Positions 18,325-27,477 of a stretch of DNA of 63,252 nt are shown here, piece after piece (the first letter of the stretch is position 1; the number at the start of each line of letters is the position of its first letter). Location of the stretch: the IMG/VR virus record IMGVR_UViG_3300015607_003164; one strand, written 5' to 3'. Below the pieces are notes generated by a model. It did not search any database. It saw only the letters and a program-made list of their open reading frames with translations, and was not told the origin of the DNA. A program made the position numbers and the translations under genes. The stretch is from an uncultured virus (IMG/VR IMGVR_UViG_3300015607_003164). Its lineage: Duplodnaviria > Heunggongvirae > Uroviricota > Caudoviricetes.

Positions 18325-18587
18325 CATTAGAAGAGTTAAAGACTTTGAGAAGAGGTGAAGTTGTTGTTTTAACTAAGGTAGATAAATTGATAACTGAGTA
18401 TCATAATTATCAAGTAGGCACTGAATTGGTGTTTTATCAATTTGATACTAATACAGATCATGTTGATTTTGTGAGAACATCTGGTGAGTATATGGCAGTT
18501 TCACATTTCTCATATGAGATTTGCGATTATATAGAGCGTAAAGTAAAATTAGAAAGAAATAATAAATTAAATTCTTTAGGAATATGA
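18321..18587 (+). CDS. Hypothetical protein, tag RNNKLNSLGI
   Basis: ATGA-coupled ORF. Confidence 0.8.
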   Translation: MTLEELKTLRRGEVVVLTKVDKLITEYHNYQVGTELVFYQFDTNTDHVDFVRTSGEYMAVSHFSYEICDYIERKVKLERNNKLNSLGI

Positions 18588-18955
18588 TAATAGTAAAGAT
18601 TTTTCAGGTTGTAGTTGTTTTGGCTGTTTTGCTTACTATGGTGGGTATTCTTTGGAACTTCATCAAAGAAACTAGAGTTCATCGTAAGCGAATGAATAAA
18701 TTAAATCAGTGGTCTAAGTTTCATCAGCAGTTGATGAATTGGTCAAGAGAAATATCAGATATGGGTGTTCGTGTTGATTTTATGAATTTTTGTTCTAATG
18801 AGTTAATTAAACAATCTAATCATAATTTGAAAAACGATATGTTAGATAATTGGGATATTGATGAAGAAAAGATGAAGATATACCGACGTTGGGGTAATCA
18901 CATACCTTCACTTTTACAAGAAGTTAGAGAAAAGAAGTTAAATAGTATATTATAA
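18584..18955 (+). CDS. Membrane-anchored protein, tag REKKLNSIL
   Basis: N-terminal TM helix. Confidence 0.8.
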   Translation: MIIVKIFQVVVVLAVLLTMVGILWNFIKETRVHRKRMNKLNQWSKFHQQLMNWSREISDMGVRVDFMNFCSNELIKQSNHNLKNDMLDNWDIDEEKMKIYRRWGNHIPSLLQEVREKKLNSIL

Positions 18956-19341
18956 TGGATATTAAGACACCAGAATTTGGTCAGCATTTTTTATCACAAT
19001 TTTCAAGTGATGTAACTAAGTATGATTATACAGTAGTACCTAAAGAAAAAAACCCTTTAGGACATAAAGGCATTACTTTACTCATTTATGATGGTAAGTA
19101 TAATGTTAAACTTTTGTATAATGATTTATGTTTAGTTTTTTTAATTGAAGATGGTTATTATCAGTATATCAATCATCAGGTTCCTTATGATTCTTTAAGT
19201 CAAGCTCATTTTGATTATATAAACGATATGATACTTTACTTTAAATCACATGAAAAGAAGTTATCTGAAATGATAACCGGGTTTGGTGTTAAATTACCAA
19301 TTAATTATATTAGACAACAAAAATTAAATACTTTGGTATGA
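18955..19341 (+). CDS. Hypothetical protein, tag RQQKLNTLV
   Basis: ORF. Confidence 0.8.
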   Translation: MDIKTPEFGQHFLSQFSSDVTKYDYTVVPKEKNPLGHKGITLLIYDGKYNVKLLYNDLCLVFLIEDGYYQYINHQVPYDSLSQAHFDYINDMILYFKSHEKKLSEMITGFGVKLPINYIRQQKLNTLV

Positions 19342-19628
19342 CAATAGAAGAAATGATACAAAAGTGTCCAGACTTGGTTAAAATCACTGCTTCTGCTATG
19401 AATGAAGTGGCTATTAAGATTACTGGTGAGTCATTAAATTTCAATAAGACTTATGGTGAAATGGGTTTTGATGATTTGGATTGTGTTGAAATGATTATGG
19501 AGTTAGAAAAGAAATTAGATATTCATATCACTGATGAAGTAGCAGATGCTTTTGTTAATGGTAAGAATAAACCATTCAATGTTAGTCAATATAATCGTAA
19601 TAAAAAGATAGAAGATTTGGGGTTATAA
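19338..19628 (+). CDS. Acyl carrier protein-like, Ser replaced by Asp; tag RNKKIEDLGL
   Basis: MGFDDLDCVEMIMELEKKLDIHITDEVA versus ACP LGADSLDTVELIM.FEK.FDI.IPD..A. Confidence 0.8.
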   Translation: MTIEEMIQKCPDLVKITASAMNEVAIKITGESLNFNKTYGEMGFDDLDCVEMIMELEKKLDIHITDEVADAFVNGKNKPFNVSQYNRNKKIEDLGL

Positions 19629-20017
19629 TGGGAGTTCAAAAGGAATATAAAGATTATAAGATTGTTCGCCATTCTTGGTGGAAGTTCTGGCAGGTTGATG
19701 AAATAGAATTTACTTTACCAACTCAGTATAGTGATGCTTATGAAGAAGTTGAGAAGAAGTTAATCAATGGTACTGAGTGGTCAATGGTTTTAAGTTCTTG
19801 GGTTATTGAAGATGTTCGTGAGCAATTGACTATGAGAGTTTCAACTTACGATAAGTTAGTTAGGAAGGCTAAGAAGTTGAAGGTTAGATTTGGTACAAGT
19901 GAATCAGGTCAGAGATTTAGTGATTGTATGGATTTTTATATTATTGATGGTGGTATTTACTTTGATATTGATGATGCTATTAAGCGTGAGAAGTTATTAA
20001 ATAAATTGGGTATATGA
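19628..20017 (+). CDS. Hypothetical protein, tag REKLLNKLGI
   Basis: ORF. Confidence 0.8.
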   Translation: MGVQKEYKDYKIVRHSWWKFWQVDEIEFTLPTQYSDAYEEVEKKLINGTEWSMVLSSWVIEDVREQLTMRVSTYDKLVRKAKKLKVRFGTSESGQRFSDCMDFYIIDGGIYFDIDDAIKREKLLNKLGI

Positions 20018-20247
20018 ATTGGTGTAAGGTAACTGGACATAAGTGGCAGTATTATAAACAAGGAGCTCCTCATATTATGTCTTCTGGATATAAGTTTATG
20101 GTTGATACTGAGTTTAGGCTTTGTGTAAAGTGTTTTACTAATCAAATGAGAGTGGCTCATTCTAGCAGTGATAAAATAGATTGGAGAGAATGCGAGTTAA
20201 GTGTAGATCAGTTAAGAGATAAAAAGTTAAAAGAGTTAGGTATATGA
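20014..20247 (+). CDS. Small Zn-binding protein (C..GHKW..RLCxxC), tag RDKKLKELGI
   Basis: Paralog of next gene. Confidence 0.8.
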   Translation: MNWCKVTGHKWQYYKQGAPHIMSSGYKFMVDTEFRLCVKCFTNQMRVAHSSSDKIDWRECELSVDQLRDKKLKELGI

Positions 20248-20474
20248 ACTGGTGTTTAATAAAACATAAGTGGGAGTATAAGAAAGAAGATATTTTTTAT
20301 GAAAGAGTATCAATAGGTAGTTTCTTAACAAAGGGTGTAACTATGCCAACTGACGTTAGGCTTTGTAAAAGATGTCATAAGAAACAAAGGTTAGGAATGA
20401 GAAGCTATTGGATAGATTGGGATTTGACTAAAGAAGAAGAAAGAGATATTAAGTTAAGAGAAATAGGTATATGA
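20244..20474 (+). CDS. Small Zn-binding protein (C..HKW..RLCxxC), tag RDIKLREIGI
   Basis: Paralog of previous gene. Confidence 0.8.
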   Translation: MNWCLIKHKWEYKKEDIFYERVSIGSFLTKGVTMPTDVRLCKRCHKKQRLGMRSYWIDWDLTKEEERDIKLREIGI

Positions 20475-20779
20475 TACCAGAAGTAGGAGATAAATTTATT
20501 ATTAACTGGAAAAAAGTTTCGGCTGTTTATCCAGGTATAAAGATTTGTAAGTTTCCCTATTTAGAATTTACAATAGATTCTTTCAGTAAGTCTAAGTTAT
20601 CTGTTTATTTTATAGATAAAAGAACAAATAAAAAGTGTAGTTGTACTTATTGTGATAAGGTGTTACACGGTAAGAATATAAAAGAAGGCGCTAAATCAAT
20701 AGGTGTTACTGATATCATTATCACTCAGAAAAAGTTAGCAATTGAAAGAAGTAGAAAGTTAAAAGAATTAGGATTATGA
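20471..20779 (+). CDS. Hypothetical protein, tag RSRKLKELGL
   Basis: ORF. Confidence 0.8.
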   Translation: MIPEVGDKFIINWKKVSAVYPGIKICKFPYLEFTIDSFSKSKLSVYFIDKRTNKKCSCTYCDKVLHGKNIKEGAKSIGVTDIIITQKKLAIERSRKLKELGL

Positions 20780-21165
20780 GTTCTTGGCGAATAATTAGAA
20801 AACTAAAACCAATGGAACTATTTGATATAGTTACCAGGGGTTTGTGTGATCATCATTTGCCGGAAATCACCAGACAGATTGTAGAGTTAAAAGGTGAGTG
20901 GTCACTTAACAACTGGAGTAAAGAGTTTAAGTTGGATATCTTAAAGATTTATTTATCTGAAACAGGATTTCAACTATACACTACGAGGGAAGAAGCAGAA
21001 GCTTTAGAAAAAGAATTTAGATCTTGGAATGTTTTTTACCAAGTTTGGTCTCGTTGGTATGGTGGTTCAACTTACATCGTTGGATTTCAGTATGATGATG
21101 AAGCGTTCATGACTTTATATAATGAGTGGTTAAGAGACAAAAAGTTAGGTGAATTAGTAAATTAG
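20776..21165 (+). CDS. Hypothetical protein, tag RDKKLGELV
   Basis: ORF. Confidence 0.8.
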   Translation: MSSWRIIRKLKPMELFDIVTRGLCDHHLPEITRQIVELKGEWSLNNWSKEFKLDILKIYLSETGFQLYTTREEAEALEKEFRSWNVFYQVWSRWYGGSTYIVGFQYDDEAFMTLYNEWLRDKKLGELVN

Positions 21166-21179
21166 TTATATCTTTGCGT

Positions 21180-21446
21180 ATGTTATTGAAGTGTATTAAA
21201 ACTGGTGGTTATCATTTAACGTTAGGTAAGAACTATCAAGCAGAGGTTTGTTCGGATGCACCGAGTGAGTTTCGTCCGGGTAGTCAAGTCTTTGATTATT
21301 ACATTGTCAATGATAAGGGACACCGACACGGTATTGAAGCGAGTTTATTTATTCGTGTTGATGAACTAAGAATTAAGAAATTACAAAGATTAGGTATATT
21401 CAAACTGAGATGGCGCCACTTCATTGTGTCTTGTAATGGAATTTAA
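21180..21446 (+). CDS. Small beta-rich family protein, tag RIKKLQRLGI with read-through tail
   Basis: LKCI..LTLGKNY..NDKG. Confidence 0.75.
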   Translation: MLLKCIKTGGYHLTLGKNYQAEVCSDAPSEFRPGSQVFDYYIVNDKGHRHGIEASLFIRVDELRIKKLQRLGIFKLRWRHFIVSCNGI

Positions 21447-21672
21447 ACAAGGAGATATTGTTCAAGTAAAGAACTTCGCACCTTTTGATTTTTGTGGAAA
21501 AGTGTGTGGACAATCAACAAATAAGCAACCTATATTAGGTATGGGTTATATCATTGAGTTAGCACAACCTTTGATTGACTATCCTTATTCTCATATTATT
21601 GCTTATGAGTGTTATATGACTAAAGTTGATACGGTGATTATTAATCCTGATTTGCAAATATTTTCTATATAA
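21436..21672 (+). CDS. Hypothetical protein (untagged)
   Basis: MEFKQGDIVQV. Confidence 0.75.
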   Translation: MEFKQGDIVQVKNFAPFDFCGKVCGQSTNKQPILGMGYIIELAQPLIDYPYSHIIAYECYMTKVDTVIINPDLQIFSI

Positions 21673-22214
21673 TGGATTTACAAGTACATAACGAAGAAAG
21701 AGATATTAGACTACAAGAGTGGTTGAAAGAAGTATCTACGATTTCTACTGAACGTGTTAGTCAGAAGGTAGAAGGTGATTACTTAACGCAGTGGGATGAA
21801 GATTCTTATCATGTGGTTCATTATGTAGATGGTCGAGTTGAAAAGACTTTGGTTAATAAAAAGAGACCGTCGGTAATGTTGAAGCACGTTGAAAAGGTGT
21901 TTAATGATTGGGACTTACCATTAAATATCGATGGTGTGAAATCTCTTAGACTTAAAGAGGTAAGATCTTTTAGTCAGAGGTTTATCTTTGGTGATTCTTG
22001 GATTACGGTTTATATGAATGACATTCATCAAGATATGTTATCTGATGATGCTTTTGGTCGTTGGTATAAATATGAGGATGGTATGTTAGAAGTTGAGCAT
22101 CAAGTTGTGAAGTTAGAAGAGTGGATAGCTTCTGTTATTTTGAATCAAGCAAAGAAATATCCAAGTGATGTACAATTACAAAGAAGTATTAAATTGAAAT
22201 CTTTATTGAAGTGA
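21672..22214 (+). CDS. Hypothetical protein, tag RSIKLKSLL
   Basis: ORF. Confidence 0.85.
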   Translation: MDLQVHNEERDIRLQEWLKEVSTISTERVSQKVEGDYLTQWDEDSYHVVHYVDGRVEKTLVNKKRPSVMLKHVEKVFNDWDLPLNIDGVKSLRLKEVRSFSQRFIFGDSWITVYMNDIHQDMLSDDAFGRWYKYEDGMLEVEHQVVKLEEWIASVILNQAKKYPSDVQLQRSIKLKSLLK

Positions 22215-22555
22215 TGGAGCCTCATGTTTTAATTAGAAAAATAGAGGATAGGATTCTTTATAAAATATCTGAAGGTTGCTCGATTGAGGAATTGATTGAG
22301 TACTTTACTGGTGTTGTTGATACCTGTCAGAACCGTCGCACATATATCAATGTTGGATTAAGATATTTAATTAACAACTGGAAGTTTATTGACCCTAATA
22401 AGAAAATGAACACACTTTATGTTATTTTTTTAAGAAAGAGACTAAAAGACTTGAAGTGGTTAGTTGAGAATAAACATAAGTTTCCTCACTTAGAAGGTGA
22501 AAAACTTTATAGAGTTTTAAGGCTAAAAGATATATTAGGATATGAAACTAAATGA
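22211..22555 (+). CDS. Hypothetical protein, tag RVLRLKDILG
   Basis: ORF. Confidence 0.8.
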   Translation: MMEPHVLIRKIEDRILYKISEGCSIEELIEYFTGVVDTCQNRRTYINVGLRYLINNWKFIDPNKKMNTLYVIFLRKRLKDLKWLVENKHKFPHLEGEKLYRVLRLKDILGYETK

Positions 22556-22871
22556 TACAAATCAATTTATAAAAGACAGTTTTCAAGACATCTTAGATGG
22601 TAAGTTTGATGATAAGTTTTCATCAGATCAATTAAAAATGATGTTAGAAATGTCATTTTTATTTAATCATATTACTTTTGAGTTAGACTCTATTTTATTT
22701 GAGTATGTTGGTCAGAAATTAAAATTTTCAGGTATTAATGATCTTATACAATCAATGCCATTTGGTCCTGGAGAAGACCAAATATTTTCTATGATTAGAG
22801 GTGAGAGTGTATTTAAGTCGGCTTATACTTCTTTTCTTAGAGATATAAAGATTAACAACTTATTAGAATAA
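22542..22871 (+). CDS. Hypothetical protein, tag RDIKINNLL
   Basis: Last gene of operon. Confidence 0.8.
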   Translation: MKLNDTNQFIKDSFQDILDGKFDDKFSSDQLKMMLEMSFLFNHITFELDSILFEYVGQKLKFSGINDLIQSMPFGPGEDQIFSMIRGESVFKSAYTSFLRDIKINNLLE

Positions 22872-22995
22872 TAAATTGCCTTATTTGGTGAGGTTTTTGG
22901 ACTTTTAACCGATATTTCATATAATATATAAACTCTAAAAAATAGGATATTTAGATTTTTCGACCTATATTTGTAAAAACTTAAACAATAAAAAT

Positions 22996-23334
22996 ATGAT
23001 TAACGAGAAGATTCAAGAAATTTCAGAAAAGCTTAAAAAAGCATTGAAAGTGATGTTAAACTATTCACTTATCATTTTAGGTATGTCAGTGTTTTTCACA
23101 CTTGGATATTACTACAAAGACATAAAGTCTTATTCAACACGCAACAAACCGCAATACATCAAGCGCAGTGAAGTTACCATCGCAATTGATGAAAATTCAA
23201 ACTTCATGATTATTGCTAAAAATGACGGTACTTATACCATGATGGAAGATAGTATTGGTCGTGCGATTTTCGATATTTATGCTAAAAACATTTGGAGTCA
23301 GCATCAGCCTGCTGTAGCAACTCCATCAAAATAA
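22996..23334 (+). CDS. Membrane-anchored hypothetical protein
   Basis: TM helix; promoter at 22966. Confidence 0.8.
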   Translation: MINEKIQEISEKLKKALKVMLNYSLIILGMSVFFTLGYYYKDIKSYSTRNKPQYIKRSEVTIAIDENSNFMIIAKNDGTYTMMEDSIGRAIFDIYAKNIWSQHQPAVATPSK

Positions 23335-23338
23335 TTTT

Positions 23339-23887
23339 ATGACAATCAAAAGGACTTTAATATTAATTACTTTACTTGTTATTGGTGGTGTCTTAACCTG
23401 TGGTTGGTTATTACAACGTGAGCATCAAAAGTTTGAAATGAAGATTGCTTCTTTAGGAGATTCTTCAAATTCACCGGCTTGCTTACAAATGTATAACATC
23501 ATTGAAAGTAAGTCAGAAGAATATAAAATCCCAAAGTACATTCTTTATAATGTTGCTTATCTTGAGACAAGATATTGTGGTCCTTTTGATTGGTCATATA
23601 ATCCTGAGAGAACTTCATCCGCTGGTGCTCAGGGTCCAATGCAAATCATAACTCGATACGCACACAAACACGCTGGTTATACAGTGACATCTAAAGAGTT
23701 AAGAACTAATATTGAGTTAAATATCAGTGTTAGTTGTAAAATGTTAAAGAGTCTTTATAAGACTTATGGTAGATGGGACTTGGCTTTAGGTTACTACAAC
23801 ACTGGGTTTCCACAAGTCAATGGTTATGCTTCTTATGCTTCTTCTAATAAGAACTATAAGAATAAGTGGTATCACCCAGACTTTTAG
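23339..23887 (+). CDS. Lytic transglycosylase (SLT domain), membrane-anchored
   Basis: AYLET, SSAGAQGPMQI, ALGYYNTG. Confidence 0.85.
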   Translation: MTIKRTLILITLLVIGGVLTCGWLLQREHQKFEMKIASLGDSSNSPACLQMYNIIESKSEEYKIPKYILYNVAYLETRYCGPFDWSYNPERTSSAGAQGPMQIITRYAHKHAGYTVTSKELRTNIELNISVSCKMLKSLYKTYGRWDLALGYYNTGFPQVNGYASYASSNKNYKNKWYHPDF

Positions 23888-23888
23888 T

Positions 23889-24119
23889 ATGACTGCTGAT
23901 ATTATTGAGTTTGAGCAGGCTTATCAAATTGAGTCTGTTATTGATAATAATTTTTCCTTACGACTATTAGAAATGGGTTGTTCAAAGGGAACCGAAATAA
24001 TTAAGGTTCTTGAGGCGCCTTTTGGTGATCCAATTGCTTATGTGATTGGATCATCTTTTGTTTTAGCCTTACGCAGGTGTGAAGCCCAAAGCATAATTGT
24101 TACAAAAAAATTTGGTTAA
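23889..24119 (+). CDS. feoA: FeoA-family protein
   Basis: RLLEMG..G..I....APFGDPI......LALRR.EA..I. Confidence 0.85.
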   Translation: MTADIIEFEQAYQIESVIDNNFSLRLLEMGCSKGTEIIKVLEAPFGDPIAYVIGSSFVLALRRCEAQSIIVTKKFG

Positions 24120-24170
24120 TTAGTCAAGTTTTCTTATATTTGTATAAATAATCACTACAAAGCATAAGAT

Positions 24171-24851
24171 ATGTACACAATAAACCAAAGATTCGAATTT
24201 TTAGACCAACTTGCTAACATGGTAATTAATGGTGACACTCCGTCACTTATTGTTACTGGTGAAGGCGGGTTAGGTAAAACACACGCCATCACACAGGCAA
24301 TATTAAATTCAGATTTGATATCTGATGATTATGTTTTCATTAAAGGTTATTCAACCGCTCGTGGGTTATATAATGCTCTATATGATAATAACAGTCGATT
24401 GATTATTTATGACGACTGTGATTCTATCTTAGAAGATAAAGTAGCACTAAATATTTTGAAGTCTGCTTTAGACTCTTATGAAAGACGTACAATTACTTGG
24501 GCTGCTCGAATGAACCGTAACGATGAATATCCTCAGCAATTTGACTTTACTGGTCGCATCATCTTTATTTCTAACAAGTCTAAAGAAAGTATGAATGAAG
24601 CATTGCTTACTCGTAGCTTGACTGTTGATTTAACTATGACTCCAGATGATAAGATTACTCGTATGGGTTCTATCTTGACTTCAATAATGCCAGAGTATGA
24701 TATTCAAGCTAAGTTAGATGCTCTTAACTTCTTGAATGAAGTTAAAAATGAAGTTAGTCTTAATATCCGTATGTTGATTATGGTTACTAAGATGCGTGCT
24801 TCTTACCCATCTAACTGGAGAGATATGGCAAAATATATGATTAAAGGATAA
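24171..24851 (+). CDS. AAA+ family ATPase
   Basis: Walker A GEGGLGKT; Walker B IIYDDCD. Confidence 0.85.
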   Translation: MYTINQRFEFLDQLANMVINGDTPSLIVTGEGGLGKTHAITQAILNSDLISDDYVFIKGYSTARGLYNALYDNNSRLIIYDDCDSILEDKVALNILKSALDSYERRTITWAARMNRNDEYPQQFDFTGRIIFISNKSKESMNEALLTRSLTVDLTMTPDDKITRMGSILTSIMPEYDIQAKLDALNFLNEVKNEVSLNIRMLIMVTKMRASYPSNWRDMAKYMIKG

Positions 24852-25192
24852 TGAGTACTTTTGGAAACAAGGCGTTAATATGGTGGGACTATCACACTCG
24901 TGATAGAGCCGCCTTATTGCGCTTTAACTCCACTCCTAAAGATATACAAATTAAAATCTTAGAGAAGTGGTATCCAATTGGTATGAAAGTGGGATTGGGT
25001 CCTGATAAATATGACTATGAAATTGTTGAATACATTCAACACTTTACTTATTGGAGTGTTAGAGTTGAGATGCATGCTCCAGATAGTCTTATGCATAAAA
25101 TGCAATCTGAGAGAAATCCACTTGGATTGTGGCCCTCACCATATTGGGAAAAACAACTTAAACGTCAATATAAATTAGACAGACTTTTATGA
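24851..25192 (+). CDS. Hypothetical protein, tag RQYKLDRLL
   Basis: ORF. Confidence 0.8.
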   Translation: MSTFGNKALIWWDYHTRDRAALLRFNSTPKDIQIKILEKWYPIGMKVGLGPDKYDYEIVEYIQHFTYWSVRVEMHAPDSLMHKMQSERNPLGLWPSPYWEKQLKRQYKLDRLL

Positions 25193-25416
25193 AAGAATCG
25201 GAAATGACTGATATGAATATACATGAGAGTAGAGATTTTGTGGTTAAACACAGACCGATTTGTTGTGGTAAGCAGGTTGATACAATGGGTTACCAAATAA
25301 CAAATAGTTATCAGTACTTTGTTTGTAGAGGTTGTGATAAACAAATTCAAATTCAGTATTGGCCCTTGACTTTTGAAACTATGAGAGACTTAAAGATAAA
25401 TAGTATTTTATGTTAA
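25189..25416 (+). CDS. Small Zn-ribbon protein, tag RDLKINSIL
   Basis: CCGK...CRGC. Confidence 0.8.
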   Translation: MKESEMTDMNIHESRDFVVKHRPICCGKQVDTMGYQITNSYQYFVCRGCDKQIQIQYWPLTFETMRDLKINSILC

Positions 25417-25734
25417 GAGTATCACTAAATATAGGTGGTGGTAATGGTGCTTATAATTATGTACCGATGTTTTATGAGTTTGAGAACGCAAGAGGTTTTA
25501 CTGATTTTATTCGTGACCAGATGTTTAATATTATTCTTTGGTCAAGTTGATGATTTGAACTCACAAGAAGAATGGATTTCATTTCTCAAGAATAATCAAC
25601 CTGATTTTGAAACATATCTAAAAGAAAGAGATATGAATAATAAGCGTAATGAAATGAAACAAATCTTTGGTGACTTAATGAGTGAGGTTATTTCTGAAGA
25701 TAGAAATAATAAGTTAAATAAATTAGGTATATGA
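25410..25734 (+). pseudogene. Frameshifted gene, tag RNNKLNKLGI
   Basis: MLRVSLNIGGG... (25410-25550) stops; a plausible C-terminus continues in another frame. Confidence 0.55.
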
Positions 25735-26711
25735 AGTTTCCTGAATTAAAAATTATAGATAGAATTCCTAACACCAATAAAAACGCGGACAGTAAAGAGT
25801 TTTTAGTTGTTCAGTTAGACTGGACTGATATTGACAATCATAAGATAGATTCTCGTAAGAACTGGTATAAAAAGTATGGTGTTCCTAATGCAACAAAAGA
25901 GCAAGAAGTAGCACTTAAACAACTATTAAAAGAAGTTGATTGGAAAGGTAACTATCTTTATCCATCTAAGTATCAATTCATCTTTGATAAGTATTCTAAA
26001 TTTAATATTACTCAACATTATTATGATGAATGCTTACATCTAAGAAAGATGGCTATTGATGAATGGAATAGGCAAAGACCATTTGATACTAATGTCAGAG
26101 AAAATCTATTAAATGCTTCAATGTCTTTTGTTGATTCTTCTGTATTGAGAAATGCTTATCTCACTCGCCCTCTTGACTTTTTTTGGGCTTTTTTAATGGT
26201 GATTGGTGTTTTCGTATCTGTTATTACTTTAGCAAGTGTTGGTTTGCCTAAATTTATGACTTGGTCTGTATTGAGTATTTTTTCTGATGGTACTGCTAAC
26301 GCACCAAGTGGTAACATTATTGCCGCTCCTTTCAAAAGTGGCTCAGTTTTAATCATTGGTGGTTTCTGGTTTTTGTTGAGTTTGGCTTTGCCTTACTTAG
26401 CTAAAGGCGAAGAAGAAACTTTCCGTAGTATGGTTTTCGGTACTAAAAACCGTATCATCACTAACATTAAGTTTGGCTTAGTTCATATGATTGTTGGTGT
26501 TCCTTTGTTTGTTGCTTTAATCTTGGCTGTTTGTGGTTATATCTTCTCTATCTTTTATGTAAATGCTTTTAGTAAAGCCGCTAAAGTAAATGTAGATACC
26601 GCAGATAAAGTGGCTATTGGCGTTTCAACTTCATTACACGCTAAGTATAACTTCTTGATTGTTACTTTTGGTGCTTTGTTGAGTATTTTGGTTTTGTTAT
26701 TCAGTAAATAA
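25731..26711 (+). CDS. Soluble domain fused to CPBP/Abi-type intramembrane protease domain
   Basis: EEETFR, FGLVH, HAKYN motifs among TM helices. Confidence 0.7.
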   Translation: MKFPELKIIDRIPNTNKNADSKEFLVVQLDWTDIDNHKIDSRKNWYKKYGVPNATKEQEVALKQLLKEVDWKGNYLYPSKYQFIFDKYSKFNITQHYYDECLHLRKMAIDEWNRQRPFDTNVRENLLNASMSFVDSSVLRNAYLTRPLDFFWAFLMVIGVFVSVITLASVGLPKFMTWSVLSIFSDGTANAPSGNIIAAPFKSGSVLIIGGFWFLLSLALPYLAKGEEETFRSMVFGTKNRIITNIKFGLVHMIVGVPLFVALILAVCGYIFSIFYVNAFSKAAKVNVDTADKVAIGVSTSLHAKYNFLIVTFGALLSILVLLFSK

Positions 26712-26754
26712 CTTTTTTGATTATTTTTAATATAACTAAAAAACTGTTATATTA

Positions 26755-27444
26755 ATGAATAGAAAAGATATTAAAATCATACAAGTAAGCTCAGAGCCAA
26801 ATGCTGAAAGGGAAGTAAAGTCATTTAACTCTTTATCAAAGTTAGGTTATAGATACATTAGGATTATCAATCCACGTTGCACTGAATACCCACCAACTCA
26901 TAATGTTTTTGATGGGCATACTGATTGGATAGTTGGTGTTACTAAACCAGATCCAAATAAGTTTGGATTTACATCAGGTCACTATGGTGCTTGGCAAGGA
27001 CATTTATCAGCCATTATGTCTTCTTTTGTTGATAATGATTATACTTTAATATGTGAGTGTGATTGTTTATTAGCCGTAGATGTTGAAGCTTTCCGTGAAA
27101 GGGTAGATGAAGCAATTAATTTATTAGAGAACTCTGATTATAAAATTGTCAGATTTGAGGCACCTAATCATCAAGTAGAATTTACAGATAAAGTATCTGA
27201 TAATTTATATTTAGGTAATGTAATGACACTTGGTCACTGTTACTTAATTAATTCAAAAAAACATCGTAACTGGTGGTTAGATAGATTTGATAATGTTGGT
27301 TGGCACACGCCTGATTGGTGGTTGAATTTTGCTTTTGAAAGAGCTGGTGAGAAAATGCCTATATTCAAAGACTTGATTCTCACAAAGCAGTCTGAAGGAT
27401 TTTCTATAATAGACAATGTTTTTAGAGAAGAGAAATATAATTAA
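26755..27444 (+). CDS. Glycosyltransferase, GT25-like
   Basis: GHYGAWQGH, LICECD, HCYLIN, TPDW. Confidence 0.7.
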   Translation: MNRKDIKIIQVSSEPNAEREVKSFNSLSKLGYRYIRIINPRCTEYPPTHNVFDGHTDWIVGVTKPDPNKFGFTSGHYGAWQGHLSAIMSSFVDNDYTLICECDCLLAVDVEAFRERVDEAINLLENSDYKIVRFEAPNHQVEFTDKVSDNLYLGNVMTLGHCYLINSKKHRNWWLDRFDNVGWHTPDWWLNFAFERAGEKMPIFKDLILTKQSEGFSIIDNVFREEKYN

Positions 27445-27447
27445 ACT

Positions 27448-27476
27448 AAAAAGCCTTTCGATTGAAAGGCTTTTTT
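27448..27476. terminator. Bidirectional terminator
   Basis: AAAAAGCCTTTCGATTGAAAGGCTTTTTT between convergent genes. Confidence 0.85.
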
Positions 27477-27477
27477 A

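Noticed and set aside
17143..22871. C-terminal tag as merely a by-product of ATGA gene overlaps
   Set aside because: May explain the final Gly-Ile codons, but not the Arg/Lys/Leu pattern with synonymous codons or its presence on operon-final genes.
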